Positions 1 through 16,946 are shown, counted from the stretch's first letter. The stretch: 64,000 nucleotides of DNA from Escherichia coli (GCF_016903815.1 NZ_CP069973.1), one strand, 5' to 3'. Numbers and translations: made by a program. The notes: generated by a model not told the origin, from the letters alone.

Positions 1-577
1 GCCGTTTGAAGGCGATAACGAGAGTCGGCTGGCAGTGCGCCCTTATCCGCATCAGCTGGAAGAATGGGTAGAATTGAAAAACGGTGAACGCTGCTTGTTC
101 CGCCCGATTTTGCCAGAAGATGAGCCACAACTTCAGCAATTCATTTCGCGAGTCACCAAAGAAGATCTTTATTACCGCTACTTTAGCGAGATCAACGAAT
201 TTACCCATGAAGATTTAGCCAACATGACGCAGATCGACTACGATCGGGAAATGGCATTTGTAGCGGTACGACGTATTGATCAAACGGAAGAGATCCTTGG
301 CGTCACGCGTGCGATCTCCGACCCTGATAACATCGATGCCGAATTTGCCGTGCTGGTTCGCTCGGATCTCAAAGGGTTAGGCTTAGGTCGACGCTTAATG
401 GAAAAGTTGATTACCTATACGCGAGATCACGGACTGCAACGTCTGAATGGTATTACGATGCCAAACAATCGTGGCATGGTGGCGCTGGCCCGCAAGCTCG
501 GGTTTAACGTTGATATCCAGCTCGAAGAGGGGATCGTTGGGCTTACGCTAAATCTTGCCCAGCGCGAGGAATCATGA
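1..577 (+). CDS. patZ: Protein lysine acetyltransferase PatZ/YfiQ/Pka, C-terminal GNAT domain (5' end outside window)
   Basis: Frame is open from the window edge (codons from nt 2) to TGA 575-577. The translated tail is recognised as E. coli YfiQ GNAT domain, and it lies upstream of pssA as in K-12. Confidence 0.85.
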   Translation, partial: PFEGDNESRLAVRPYPHQLEEWVELKNGERCLFRPILPEDEPQLQQFISRVTKEDLYYRYFSEINEFTHEDLANMTQIDYDREMAFVAVRRIDQTEEILGVTRAISDPDNIDAEFAVLVRSDLKGLGLGRRLMEKLITYTRDHGLQRLNGITMPNNRGMVALARKLGFNVDIQLEEGIVGLTLNLAQREES

Positions 578-665
578 GTAAGGTACTGGAAATGTTGACC
601 ACTTAATCGGGACTGGTGTTATTATTGCCCGCTTATGTCGTCTGCATTGCACAGAGGACCCTTCA

Positions 666-707
666 ATGAACAGAGAAGAAATGCACTGTGATGTTGTCAA
701 AATTTAA
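666..707 (+). CDS. Candidate 13-codon upstream ORF (MNREEMHCDVVKI) overlapping the pssA start
   Basis: ATG 666 is preceded by GAGGA 7 nt upstream. The ORF ends at TAA 705-707, overlapping the pssA ATG at 691 out of frame. There is no homology evidence. Confidence 0.25.
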   Translation: MNREEMHCDVVKI

Positions 708-2046
708 GCGTAATAAACATCAACAACACCTTGCCCAACTACCCAAGATTTCTCAATCAGTTGATGATGTCGATTTCTTTTACGCTCCCGCCGACTTCCG
801 GGAGACGCTGCTGGAAAAAATAGCCAGCGCGAAGCAGCGCATTTGCATTGTCGCCCTGTATCTCGAACAGGATGACGGTGGCAAAGGCATTCTGAACGCG
901 TTGTATGAGGCTAAAAGGCAGCGTCCGGAACTGGATGTGCGGGTGCTGGTCGACTGGCATCGTGCACAACGTGGACGCATTGGCGCTGCGGCATCTAACA
1001 CTAACGCTGACTGGTACTGCCGCATGGCGCAGGAAAATCCGGGCGTAGATGTTCCGGTTTATGGCGTTCCAATCAATACCCGTGAAGCCCTTGGTGTTCT
1101 GCACTTTAAAGGCTTTATCATCGACGATAGCGTACTTTATAGCGGTGCCAGCCTGAACGATGTTTACCTGCATCAGCACGATAAATATCGCTACGACCGT
1201 TATCATCTTATCCGTAACCGTAAGATGTCAGACATTATGTTTGAATGGGTTACACAGAATATTATGAATGGCCGCGGCGTTAATCGTCTGGATGATGTTA
1301 ATCGGCCAAAAAGCCCGGAAATCAAGAACGATATTCGTCTGTTCCGCCAGGAGCTGCGTGATGCCGCTTATCATTTCCAGGGCGATGCCGACAACGATCA
1401 GCTTTCCGTAACGCCGTTGGTAGGTCTGGGGAAATCGAGTCTGTTGAACAAGACCATTTTCCATCTTATGCCTTGTGCCGAGCAGAAACTAACCATCTGC
1501 ACACCTTACTTCAACCTGCCAGCAATCCTTGTGCGCAATATTATCCAGTTGCTGCGCGAAGGGAAAAAGGTCGAAATTATTGTTGGTGATAAAACCGCGA
1601 ATGACTTCTACATTCCGGAAGATGAACCTTTCAAGATAATTGGCGCATTGCCTTATCTCTATGAGATCAATCTGCGTCGTTTCCTGAGCCGTTTGCAGTA
1701 TTACGTCAACACTGACCAGTTAGTGGTTCGGTTATGGAAAGATGACGACAACACCTATCACCTGAAAGGGATGTGGGTTGATGATAAGTGGATGTTGATC
1801 ACTGGTAATAACCTGAACCCGCGCGCCTGGCGTCTGGATCTGGAAAACGCTATTTTGATCCACGATCCGCAACTGGAGCTTGCGCCACAGCGAGAGAAAG
1901 AACTGGAGCTGATCCGCGAGCATACCACCATCGTTAAGCACTATCGCGACCTGCAAAGTATTGCCGATTATCCGGTGAAGGTTCGTAAACTCATCCGTCG
2001 TTTGCGCCGTATCCGCATCGACCGATTAATTAGCCGCATCCTGTAA
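691..2046 (+). CDS. pssA: Phosphatidylserine synthase
   Basis: The translation MLSKFKRNKHQQHLAQLPKISQSV... is recognised as E. coli PssA (451 aa from ATG 691). The ORF track starts one codon earlier at GTG 688. Confidence 0.95.
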   Translation: MLSKFKRNKHQQHLAQLPKISQSVDDVDFFYAPADFRETLLEKIASAKQRICIVALYLEQDDGGKGILNALYEAKRQRPELDVRVLVDWHRAQRGRIGAAASNTNADWYCRMAQENPGVDVPVYGVPINTREALGVLHFKGFIIDDSVLYSGASLNDVYLHQHDKYRYDRYHLIRNRKMSDIMFEWVTQNIMNGRGVNRLDDVNRPKSPEIKNDIRLFRQELRDAAYHFQGDADNDQLSVTPLVGLGKSSLLNKTIFHLMPCAEQKLTICTPYFNLPAILVRNIIQLLREGKKVEIIVGDKTANDFYIPEDEPFKIIGALPYLYEINLRRFLSRLQYYVNTDQLVVRLWKDDDNTYHLKGMWVDDKWMLITGNNLNPRAWRLDLENAILIHDPQLELAPQREKELELIREHTTIVKHYRDLQSIADYPVKVRKLIRRLRRIRIDRLISRIL

Positions 2047-2050
2047 TCAC

Positions 2051-2079
2051 AACCCCGTCCTGTACGGGGTTTGTTTTTT
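2051..2079 (+). terminator. Rho-independent terminator after pssA
   Basis: The sequence is AACCCCG-TCCTGTA-CGGGGTT followed by TGTTTTTT. Confidence 0.6.
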
Positions 2080-2091
2080 GGAGGCCACGTT

Positions 2092-2415
2092 TTGCGTATT
2101 CTTTTTGTCTGTTCGCTATTATTACTTTCTGGATGCAGCCATATGGCTAACGATAGCTGGAGCGGGCAGGATAAAGCTCAACACTTTATCGCCTCGGCGA
2201 TGCTTTCCGCCGCCGGAAATGAATATGCACAGCATCAGGGGATGAGTCGCGATCGCAGTGCCACTTTCGGGCTGATGTTCTCTGTTGGGCTGGGGGCGTC
2301 AAAAGAACTTTGGGATAGCCGCCCCGAGGGGAGCGGCTGGAGCTGGAAAGATTTTACCTGGGATGTCGCCGGTGCAACTACTGGCTATACCGTCTGGCAA
2401 CTGACCCGTCACTAA
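2092..2415 (+). CDS. yfiM: Lipoprotein YfiM
   Basis: The lipobox LLLSGC follows a signal peptide. A TTG start at 2092 gives the 107-aa K-12 length (from memory). Confidence 0.8.
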
Positions 2416-3710
2416 AGACGCATCCCCTTCCCTTTGCGATGTAGCATCAAAGAAACCAGAAACGCCACCACGGCCATCAAGGTCACATACCAGAAGAAGG
2501 CTGTTTCCATTCCTATTGATTTCAGCGACAACGCTACGTACTCCGCCGAACCACCAAATATAGCATTGGCGACCGCATATGACAGACCAACACCTAATGC
2601 ACGAACCTGTGCCGGGAACATCTCAGCCTTCAGTATTCCACTGATTGAAGTATAAAAACTCACGATCAGCAGGGCACACATCACCAGACCAAAAGCGGCA
2701 TAAGGCGAGGAAACGTTTTGCAATGCTGAGAGAATAGGAACGGTAAAAATGGCTGCCAGAGAACCGAAACATAACATTGAGGTACGACGACCAATCTTAT
2801 CCGACAGCGCGCCAATGAGTGGTTGAATAAGCATGAATACAAACAATGCGGCAGTCATAATGCCACTCGCCACGTTGGCATGCATTCCCGCAGTATTTAC
2901 CAGATACTTCTGCATATAAGTGGTGAAGGTATAGAAACAAAGGGAGCCCGCAGCGGTAAAACCGAGAACCATGATGAATGCACGGCGATTGCGCCATAAT
3001 CCTTTCAGAGATCCAGCTTCTTTTAAAGCGCGTGTTTCTTGTTGTGAAGTTTCATCTAACTGACGACGTAACCACAACGCCACAACAGCTAACACAGCTC
3101 CTAACGCGAAAGGAATACGCCATCCCCACTCTCTGAGTGCAGCGTCTTCCATGGTGTGTTGTAAAACCACGACAACCAGTAGAGCTAGCAGTTGCCCGCC
3201 GATCAACGTCACATACTGAAATGATGCGTAAAAACCTTTGCGCCCTTCAACGGCAACTTCACTCATATAGGTGGCGCTGGTGCCATATTCTCCGCCAACG
3301 GATAATCCCTGGAATAAACGAGCAAGAAGCAATAATGCCGGAGCCCAGGTACCGATTGTTTCGTAGCCTGGCAAACAGGCGATAACCAGTGAGCCGAAAC
3401 ACATCATACACACCGATAACAGCATCGATTTTTTGCGACCATGTTTATCGGCTATGCGGCCAAATAGCCAACCGCCTATTGGGCGCATCAGAAATCCCGC
3501 AGCAAAAACACCTGCTGTTTGCAGTAGTTGAGTCGTCGTGTTCCCGGAAGGGAAGAAGATGTGAGCGAAGTAGAGTGAACAGAACGAGTAGACATAGAAA
3601 TCGAACCACTCGACCAGATTACCTGAAGAGGCCCCCACAATTGCCCAAATGCGGCGACGAGTATCACTACTTGTCAGTTTGCTGTCTGCCGTTACAGTAC
3701 TTTCAGCCAT
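2412..3710 (-). CDS. kgtP: Alpha-ketoglutarate:H+ symporter (MFS)
   Basis: The translation from [41 protein letters not shown] is recognised as KgtP (432 aa). The longer ORF start at 3812 is an N-terminal over-extension. Confidence 0.93.
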
Positions 3711-3889
3711 GCCATTATGTCTCCTGCCGTAATCCGATGCTTTTGTCGGTCGCTTTTGTTTATTTCTTTTGGTAAAGAAAATGTTATACATTTGTTGCAT
3801 ATCATCATGCAACCTTAACCACGAATTTAGTTAGCAGGAAAATGGTTATTGAGGAGCTTAAGGATAAATTTCTGGTAAGGAGGACACGT

Positions 3890-3943
3890 ATGGAGGTGGG
3901 CAAGTTGGGGAAGCCGTATTCGCTGGCGTATGTGGAGGAATAA
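3890..3943 (+). CDS. Candidate 17-codon small ORF (MEVGKLGKPYSLAYVEE)
   Basis: ATG 3890 is preceded by a strong AAGGAGG (3877-3883) with 6-nt spacing. TAA is at 3941-3943. It is intergenic between the kgtP promoter region and the IS. Confidence 0.2.
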   Translation: MEVGKLGKPYSLAYVEE

Positions 3944-3985
3944 GCTGCCCCCTATCGTGCCTGCGTAAGCTAGATAAGACGCGCC

Positions 3986-4894
<909 letters not shown>

Positions 4895-5452
4895 TCCAGG
4901 AGATGCTCCTGCATGGCTTTCAGATATGCATTTTCTGCGCGAAGATAACGCAGCTCATTCTTCATCTCTTCCGGCGTCATGTTTGCCTCGTTTTCATGGG
5001 TATCATCAGAACGGGTCATGCATTTCTCCTTCCTGCGCCTGATAAAGGCCTCATTACCAGATTTGCGGTAGCCTTTTATCCAGTTTTTAACCGTGTTGTG
5101 GCTGGGAATGTTAAACCGGGCAGCTACCCGGGGTAGAGACTCAGAATGCCCGAGAGCATAAAGAACCACGCAAAGTTTATCTTCAGGAGAATAGCTACGC
5201 CTGTGTCTGCAATCCAGTGCCCGAGGACCGTGAAGAAGAAAAAGATTAATCCAGTGTGAGAGGCTGGTGTGAGAAAGTTGAAAGAGTTTTGCCGTAGAAA
5301 TGATGCCTGCATGACCAGCCAGGTAATGATTTACAGCGGCAAGTTTTACTTCAAATGAATGTTTCATAAACTGCACCTTCAGATGTCAGATTATGTCCAA
5401 CATTTGGGGTGCAGTTCAGCCAGCGTCGCATCCGGCATTTTTTTCACCAACG

Positions 5453-5480
5453 CAAAAAGGCCATCCTGACGGATGGCCTT
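5453..5480 (-). terminator. rrnG distal rho-independent terminator
   Basis: The minus strand reads AAGGCCATCC-GTCA-GGATGGCCTT followed by TTTGCG, just 3' of the 5S rRNA. Confidence 0.75.
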
Positions 5481-5492
5481 TCGCTTAATTTG

Positions 5493-5612
5493 ATGCCTGG
5501 CAGTTCCCTACTCTCGCATGGGGAGACCCCACACTACCATCGGCGCTACGGCGTTTCACTTCTGAGTTCGGCATGGGGTCAGGTGGGACCACCGCGCTAA
5601 GGCCGCCAGGCA
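5493..5612 (-). rRNA. rrfG: 5S ribosomal RNA
   Basis: The reverse complement reads TGCCTGGCGGCC...GGAACTGCCAGGCAT, the canonical 120-nt E. coli 5S sequence. Confidence 0.97.
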
Positions 5613-5704
5613 AATTCTGTTTCATCAGACCGCTTCTGCGTTCTGATTTAATCTGTATCAGGCTGAAAATCTTCTCTCATCCGCCAAAACATCTTCGGCG
5701 TTGT

Positions 5705-8609
<2,905 letters not shown>

Positions 8610-8802
8610 TCACAACCCGAAGATGTTTCTTTCGATTCATCATCGTGTTGCGAAAATTTGAGAGACTCACGAACAACTTTCGTTGTTCAGTGTTTCAATT
8701 TTCAGCTTGATCCAGATTTTTAAAGAGCAAATATCTCAAACGTCACCCGAAGATGAGTTTTGAGATATTAAGGCAGGTGACTTTCACTCACAAACCAGCA
8801 AG

Positions 8803-8878
8803 TGGCGTCCCCTAGGGGATTCGAACCCCTGTTACCGCCGTGAAAGGGCGGTGTCCTGGGCCTCTAGACGAAGGGGAC
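8803..8878 (-). tRNA. gltW: tRNA-Glu (UUC) in the 16S-23S spacer
   Basis: The reverse complement is GTCCCCTTCGTCTAGAGGCCCAGGACACCGCCCTTTCACGGCGGTAACAGGGGTTCGAATCCCCTAGGGGACGCCA. Confidence 0.97.
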
Positions 8879-8963
8879 GTATCAGTCTGCTTCGCAAGAC
8901 GCCTTGCTTTTCACTTTCTATCAGACAATCTGTGTGAGCACTGCAAAGCACAGTTCTTTAAGG

Positions 8964-10505
<1,542 letters not shown>

Positions 10506-10686
10506 AAAAGTTTGATGCTCAAAGAATTAAACTTCGTAATGAATTACGTGTTCACTCTTGAGACTTGGTATTCATTTTTCGTCTTGCGACGTTAAGAATC
10601 CGTATCTTCGAGTGCCCACACAGATTGTCTGATAAATTGTTAAAGAGCAGTGCCGCTTCGCTTTTTCTCAGCGGCGCGGGGTGTGC

Positions 10687-10714
10687 ATAATACGCTTCCC
10701 CGCTACAGAGTCAA
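10687..10714 (-). promoter_or_regulatory. rrnG P2 promoter
   Basis: The minus strand has TTGACT (10709-10714), a 16-nt spacer, and TATTAT (10687-10692), matching the conserved rrn P2 sequence. Confidence 0.7.
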
Positions 10715-10804
10715 GCATTTTTTTGCTTTTCTCTGTTGAGATTCTCAGGAGAACCTCGCTGACCCGGCGGCGTGCTTGCCGTTGTTCCGTGTCAGTGGTG
10801 GCGC

Positions 10805-10832
10805 ATTATAGGGAGTTATTCCGGCCTGACAA
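10805..10832 (-). promoter_or_regulatory. rrnG P1 promoter (with A/T-rich UP region upstream)
   Basis: The minus strand has TTGTCA (10827-10832), a 16-nt spacer, and TATAAT (10805-10810), followed by the GC-rich discriminator GCGCCACC. An AAAAATATAAAAA tract lies upstream. Confidence 0.75.
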
Positions 10833-10915
10833 GCGAAAAATATAAAAACTTTATCGTTCGCTCATTTTTCAGGCAAAACATCTTAAATATAGTCTTTTCC
10901 GTCTAACTTATAGAC

Positions 10916-10942
10916 AAAAACGAGCCCCGAAGGGCTCGTTTT
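10916..10942 (-). terminator. clpB rho-independent terminator
   Basis: The minus strand reads ACGAGCCC-TTCG-GGGCTCGT followed by TTTTGTC, just after the clpB stop. Confidence 0.75.
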
Positions 10943-10947
10943 ATCAT

Positions 10948-13521
10948 TTACTGGACGGCGACAATCCGGTCTTCATTAACTTCCAGGCGAATCACTTTAC
11001 CCGGAACCAATTCACCAGACAGTATTTGCTGTGCCAGCGGGTTTTCAATCTGCTGCTGAATTGCACGTTTCAGAGGACGTGCGCCATAGACCGGATCGTA
11101 ACCGTTCTCGCTCAGCAGTTTCAGCGCCTCGTCAGAAATGTGGATTTCATAACCACGTTCTTCCAGACGTTTATACAGACGTTTCAACTGAATCTGCGCA
11201 ATCGACGCAATGTGCTGTTCACCCAGCGGATGGAAGACCACCACTTCATCGATACGGTTAATGAATTCCGGACGGAAGTTATGGCTAACCACACCGAGCA
11301 CCAGCTCTTTCATGTGCGCATAATCCAGTTCACCGAAGCGTTCCTGAATCAGATCGGAACCGAGGTTAGAGGTCATAATGACGACCGTATTACGGAAGTC
11401 GACCGTTCTCCCCTGCCCGTCAGTCAGACGCCCATCATCCAGTACCTGCAACAGAATGTTGAAGACATCCGGATGCGCTTTTTCCACTTCATCCAGCAGG
11501 ATAACGGAATACGGACGACGACGCACAGCTTCGGTCAGGTAGCCACCTTCTTCATAACCAACATATCCCGGAGGCGCACCAACCAGACGAGACACCGAAT
11601 GTTTCTCCATAAACTCGGACATATCGATACGGACCATCGCCTCGTCGCTATCAAACATAAAGTTCGCCAGCGCCTTACAAAGCTCAGTTTTCCCCACACC
11701 CGTTGGGCCGAGGAACAGGAATGAACCAATCGGGCGATTTGGATCCGCCAGCCCCGCACGGCTACGACGAATAGCGTTAGATACCGCATCAACCGCTTCG
11801 TTCTGACCAATAACGCGATGGTGCAGCTCTTGCTCCATACGCAGCAGTTTTTCGCGCTCGCTTTCCATCATGCGAGAAACCGGAATCCCCGTCCAACGCG
11901 CCAGCACTTCAGCAATTTCGGCGTCGGTCACTTTATTACGCAACAGACGCATAGTTTTGCCTTCGAGCTGCGTTGCGGCTTCCAGTTGCTTTTCCAGTTC
12001 CGGGATTTTGCCGTATTGCAGTTCAGACATCCGCGCCAGGTCACCCACACGGCGAGCCTGTTCAATAGCGATTTTCGCCTGTTCCAGTTCCGCTTTAATG
12101 GTCTGTGTACCAGAAAGCGATGCTTTCTCTGCTTTCCACTCTTCTTCTAACTCGGAGTACTGACGTTCTTTGTCGCTCAGTTCTTCGTTGAGCATATCCA
12201 GGCGTTTTTTACTGGCTTCATCAGACTCTTTCATTAACGCCTGTTGTTCCAGTTTGAGCTGGATAATACGACGATCGAGTCGGTCGAGTTCTTCTGGTTT
12301 TGAGTCAATCTGCATACGAATGCTGGATGCTGCTTCATCGATCAGGTCGATGGCTTTATCCGGCAGCTGACGGTCAGCAATGTAGCGATGAGACAACGTC
12401 GCCGCTGCAACAATTGCCGGGTCAGTAATTTGCACATGGTGGTGCAGTTCGTAACGTTCTTTTAAGCCACGCAGAATAGCAATGGTGTCTTCAACAGAAG
12501 GCTCGGCAACAAACACTTTCTGGAAACGACGTTCCAGCGCAGCATCTTTTTCGATGTACTGGCGATATTCGTCAAGCGTCGTGGCACCTACGCAGTGCAA
12601 TTCACCACGCGCCAGCGCCGGTTTCAGCATGTTTCCGGCGTCCATTGCGCCATCGGCTTTACCCGCGCCGACCATGGTATGTAATTCGTCGATAAACAGG
12701 ATGACGTTGCCTTCCTGTTTGGCAAGATCGTTAAGCACGCCTTTTAAACGTTCTTCAAACTCACCGCGATATTTCGCCCCAGCCACCAGCGCGCCCATAT
12801 CCAGCGCCAGTACGCGGCGGCCTTTCAACCCTTCCGGCACTTCGCCGTTGATAATACGCTGCGCCAGACCTTCAACGATGGCAGTTTTACCGACGCCGGG
12901 TTCACCAATCAGTACTGGGTTATTTTTAGTACGACGTTGCAGCACCTGAATGGTACGGCGAATTTCTTCATCACGACCAATCACCGGATCGAGTTTGCCC
13001 TGTTCGGCTCGTTCGGTAAGGTCGATGGTATATTTTTTCAAAGCCTGACGTTGGTCTTCAGCACCTTGATCGTTCACGCTTTCACCTCCACGCATTTGTT
13101 CAATCGCTTGAGTAATGTTGGCGGTGGTCGCCCCTGCTGCTTTCAGGATGTCGGCCAGCGTGCCGCGAGACTCAAGTGCCGCCAGAACGAACAGTTCTGA
13201 CGAGATAAAGTTATCACCACGTTTTTGCGCCAGCTTGTCGCAAAGATTAAGAACGCGCACCAGATCCTGTGATGGCTGGACATCACCACCAGTACCTTCA
13301 ACCTGCGGTAAACGATTTAATGCCTGATTGATATCTGTGCGCAACTGGCCAGCATTTATGCCAGCGGATGTTAATAAAGGACTAACCGAACCCCCTTCCT
13401 GATTCAGCAGGGCGCTCATTAAATGAAGTGGTTCGATAAATTGGTTGTCGTGCCCGAGTGCAAGTGATTGGGCATCGGCAAGAGCAAGCTGGAATTTATT
13501 AGTAAGACGATCCAGACGCAT
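10948..13521 (-). CDS. clpB: Disaggregase chaperone ClpB (AAA+)
   Basis: The translation [34 protein letters not shown]... has two Walker A motifs (GEPGVGKT and GPTGVGKT) and is 857 aa from ATG 13521. Confidence 0.96.
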
Positions 13522-13650
13522 AACTCCTCCCATAACGGATCAAAGTTGCTACTGGAGATTAAATGAGGTCATCCCTCAATTATTCAAGGTTATTGACCAG
13601 ATTAATGTGAAAAGAAAATCACGCGTACCGGATCGTCTTGATTCTTTAGG

Positions 13651-14382
13651 TTATATCAGCCAAATGAAACTTGCCATACGACCAGTGGTCTTGTCGCGAC
13701 GATAAGAGAAGAAAGTCTCATTTTCCGTATATGTACAACGGTTGCCGCCGAAAATTTGTTCGACACCGACGTTCGCCAGACGCTGCCGGGCAAGGAGATA
13801 AATATCCGCCAGATACTTATCACCATGCTGAATGAAAGCTGTACTCGCTTTGGCGTCTACTGCCATAAACGCCTCGCGAACCTCCGCCCCCACTTCAAAC
13901 GCGCGTGGACCAATTGCCGGCCCTAACCAGGCGAGAATATTTTCCGGATTATCAGCAAAACAGGAAACCGTCTCTTCCAGCACGCCTGCGCACAGTCCAC
14001 GCCAGCCAGCATGAGCGGCGGCGACTTCCGTTCCCGCTCGATTGCAAAACAGCACGGGGAGGCAGTCGGCAGTCATCACTGCGCAAACCGTGCCCGGCGT
14101 GTTGCTATAAGAGGCATCTGCTCGTTTTGAGGCATAAGGTTCGCCAGTAAGCTTAAGCACATCTTTGCCGTGTACCTGCTCAAGCCAGACCGGTTTTGAA
14201 GGCAAATGGCCCGCAGCAAAAAGTCGCTTGCGATTCTCCTCAACGTGATCCGGGTTATCGCCACAATGGGCACCGAGGTTGAGCGAGTCATACGGGGGCA
14301 AGCTCACGCCGCCGATACGAGTGGAGCTACAGGCCGCAACACCTTTTGGCAGCGGCCACTGCGGGACAATCAGCTTACTCAT
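13651..14382 (-). CDS. pgeF: Purine nucleoside phosphorylase/laccase-domain protein YfiH (PgeF)
   Basis: This 243-aa translation is recognised as E. coli YfiH. It overlaps the rluD stop by 4 nt, as in K-12. Confidence 0.9.
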   Translation of the reverse strand: MSKLIVPQWPLPKGVAACSSTRIGGVSLPPYDSLNLGAHCGDNPDHVEENRKRLFAAGHLPSKPVWLEQVHGKDVLKLTGEPYASKRADASYSNTPGTVCAVMTADCLPVLFCNRAGTEVAAAHAGWRGLCAGVLEETVSCFADNPENILAWLGPAIGPRAFEVGAEVREAFMAVDAKASTAFIQHGDKYLADIYLLARQRLANVGVEQIFGGNRCTYTENETFFSYRRDKTTGRMASFIWLI

Positions 14383-15359
14383 AACCAGTCCACTTCATCC
14401 TTATGCTCTTCGAAATCGGCGCGCATCACCTCAATCAGCTCCACCATATCTTGTGGAATAGGCGCATGCCATTCCATTTCGATGCCGGAGATCGGGTGAT
14501 AAAGACGCAGCATGGTTGCATGAAGCGCCTGGCGGTCAAACTTACGCAGCGTGGAGATAAACGCTTCCGAAGCACCTTTTGGCGGACGCGGACGGCCACC
14601 ATAAACCGGATCGCCCACCAGCGGATGAGTGATATGGGCCATATGCACGCGGATCTGGTGCGTACGTCCGGTTTCCAGACGCAACCGCAGACGCGTGTGC
14701 ACACGGAAGTGTTCCATGATGCGATAGTGAGTGACCGCCGGTTTACCCATCGGATGCACCGCCATGTGAGTACGTTTGGTCGGGTGGCGGCTGATTGGTT
14801 CATCTACTGTACCGCCAGCGGTCATATGACCAATTGCCACCGCTTCATACTCACGAGTAATTTCACGCCGTTGCAAAGATTCGACTAAACGCGTCTGAGC
14901 CGGAACGGTTTTTGCCACAACCATCAGGCCGGTGGTGTCTTTATCCAGACGATGGACGATGCCCGCACGCGGTACATCGGCAATGGGCGGATAGTAATGA
15001 AGCAACGCATTCAATACCGTACCATCCGGGTTACCCGCGCCAGGATGTACCACCAGGTCGCGTGGTTTATTAATGACGATGATATCTTCATCTTCATAGA
15101 CGATATCCAGCGGGATATCCTGCGGTTCAAAACGCGCTTCTTCTTCAATCTCAGCGTTGATGGCCACCTGCTCGCCACCCAATACTTTTTCTTTCGGCTT
15201 ATCACAAACTTTGCCGTTAACCAGCACGCGCTGGTCGAGGATCCATTCTTTTATTCGCGAACGTGAATAATCCGGGAACATTTCGGCCAAAGCCTGATCT
15301 AAGCGTTGACCGAGTTGGTTTTCGGACACCGTTGCAGTGAGCTGTACTCGTTGTGCCAT
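14379..15359 (-). CDS. rluD: 23S rRNA pseudouridine synthase D
   Basis: The 326-aa product has an S4 domain plus the HRLDKDTTGL catalytic motif. Confidence 0.95.
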   Translation of the reverse strand: MAQRVQLTATVSENQLGQRLDQALAEMFPDYSRSRIKEWILDQRVLVNGKVCDKPKEKVLGGEQVAINAEIEEEARFEPQDIPLDIVYEDEDIIVINKPRDLVVHPGAGNPDGTVLNALLHYYPPIADVPRAGIVHRLDKDTTGLMVVAKTVPAQTRLVESLQRREITREYEAVAIGHMTAGGTVDEPISRHPTKRTHMAVHPMGKPAVTHYRIMEHFRVHTRLRLRLETGRTHQIRVHMAHITHPLVGDPVYGGRPRPPKGASEAFISTLRKFDRQALHATMLRLYHPISGIEMEWHAPIPQDMVELIEVMRADFEEHKDEVDWL

Positions 15360-15493
15360 ATATACTGCTTCTTCGTTTATCGTTGGGGTTTTACGGCTTT
15401 GCCGTTTAATATAGTGTGCTATTGTAGCTGGTCTTAACCGGGAGCAGGAACAGAGAATCTCCCGTATTACATTTTGAGGAAAGTCAAAACGTC

Positions 15494-16231
15494 ATGACGC
15501 GCATGAAATATCTGGTGGCAGCCGCCACACTAAGCCTGTTTTTGGCGGGTTGCTCGGGGTCAAAGGAAGAAGTACCTGATAATCCGCCAAATGAAATTTA
15601 CGCGACTGCACAACAAAAGCTGCAGGACGGTAACTGGAGACAGGCAATAACGCAACTGGAAGCGTTAGATAATCGCTATCCGTTTGGTCCATATTCGCAG
15701 CAGGTGCAGCTGGATCTCATCTACGCCTACTATAAAAACGCCGATTTGCCGTTAGCGCAGGCTGCCATCGATCGTTTTATTCGCCTTAACCCGACCCATC
15801 CGAATATCGATTATGTCATGTACATGCGTGGCCTGACCAATATGGCGCTGGATGACAGTGCGCTGCAAGGGTTCTTTGGCGTTGACCGTAGCGATCGCGA
15901 TCCTCAACATGCTCGAGCTGCGTTTAGTGACTTTTCCAAACTGGTGCGCGGCTATCCGAACAGTCAGTACACCACCGATGCCACCAAACGTCTGGTATTC
16001 CTGAAAGATCGTCTGGCGAAATATGAATACTCCGTGGCCAAGTACTATACAGAACGTGGCGCATGGGTTGCCGTCGTTAACCGCGTAGAAGGCATGTTGC
16101 GCGACTACCCGGATACCCAGGCTACGCGTGATGCGCTGCCGCTAATGGAAAATGCATACCGTCAGATGCAGATGAATGCGCAAGCTGAAAAAGTAGCGAA
16201 AATCATCGCCGCAAACAGCAGCAATACATAA
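15494..16231 (+). CDS. bamD: Outer membrane protein assembly factor BamD (YfiO)
   Basis: The 245-aa product has the lipobox LFLAGCSG and TPR-like repeats, and is recognised as BamD. Confidence 0.95.
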   Translation: MTRMKYLVAAATLSLFLAGCSGSKEEVPDNPPNEIYATAQQKLQDGNWRQAITQLEALDNRYPFGPYSQQVQLDLIYAYYKNADLPLAQAAIDRFIRLNPTHPNIDYVMYMRGLTNMALDDSALQGFFGVDRSDRDPQHARAAFSDFSKLVRGYPNSQYTTDATKRLVFLKDRLAKYEYSVAKYYTERGAWVAVVNRVEGMLRDYPDTQATRDALPLMENAYRQMQMNAQAEKVAKIIAANSSNT

Positions 16232-16250
16232 CAGAAATCTGAAACACAAA

Positions 16251-16279
16251 ACGGCAGCCCTTGAGCTGCCGTTTTTTTA
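16251..16279 (+). terminator. bamD terminator
   Basis: The sequence is ACGGCAGC-CCTTGA-GCTGCCGT followed by TTTTTTT. Confidence 0.75.
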
Positions 16280-16447
16280 TTCTGTTAGTTGTGAAACTGA
16301 AGCGATTTAGTCACTATCGATCTCATCAAATATGGCTCGCTTTGAGATATTCCTCAAGTAAAAAAACACCTCTTCCTGCGATTTCTCACAAAAAAACTTC
16401 GTTGACAAAAAGTGACAAAATTATGAGATTTCCATCACACATTTTGA

Positions 16448-16843
<396 letters not shown>

Positions 16844-16866
16844 TCCTTTATATTGAGTGTATCGCC

Positions 16867-16890
16867 AACGCGCCTTCGGGCGCGTTTTTT
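16867..16890 (+). terminator. raiA terminator
   Basis: The sequence is AACGCGCC-TTCG-GGCGCGTT followed by TTTTG. Confidence 0.7.
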
Positions 16891-16946
16891 GTTGACAGCG
16901 TGAAAACAGTACGGGTACTGTACTGAAGTCACTTAAGGAAACAAAC

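Noticed and set aside
13522-13533. A four-codon N-terminal extension of clpB in the ORF track (MGGV-). Similar upstream extensions occur for kgtP (to 3812), aroF (to 20567), rpsP (to 57447), gpK (from 40302) and gpM (from 38595).
   Set aside because: The known protein N-termini begin at internal Met codons with better context. The extensions overlap upstream genes or promoters.
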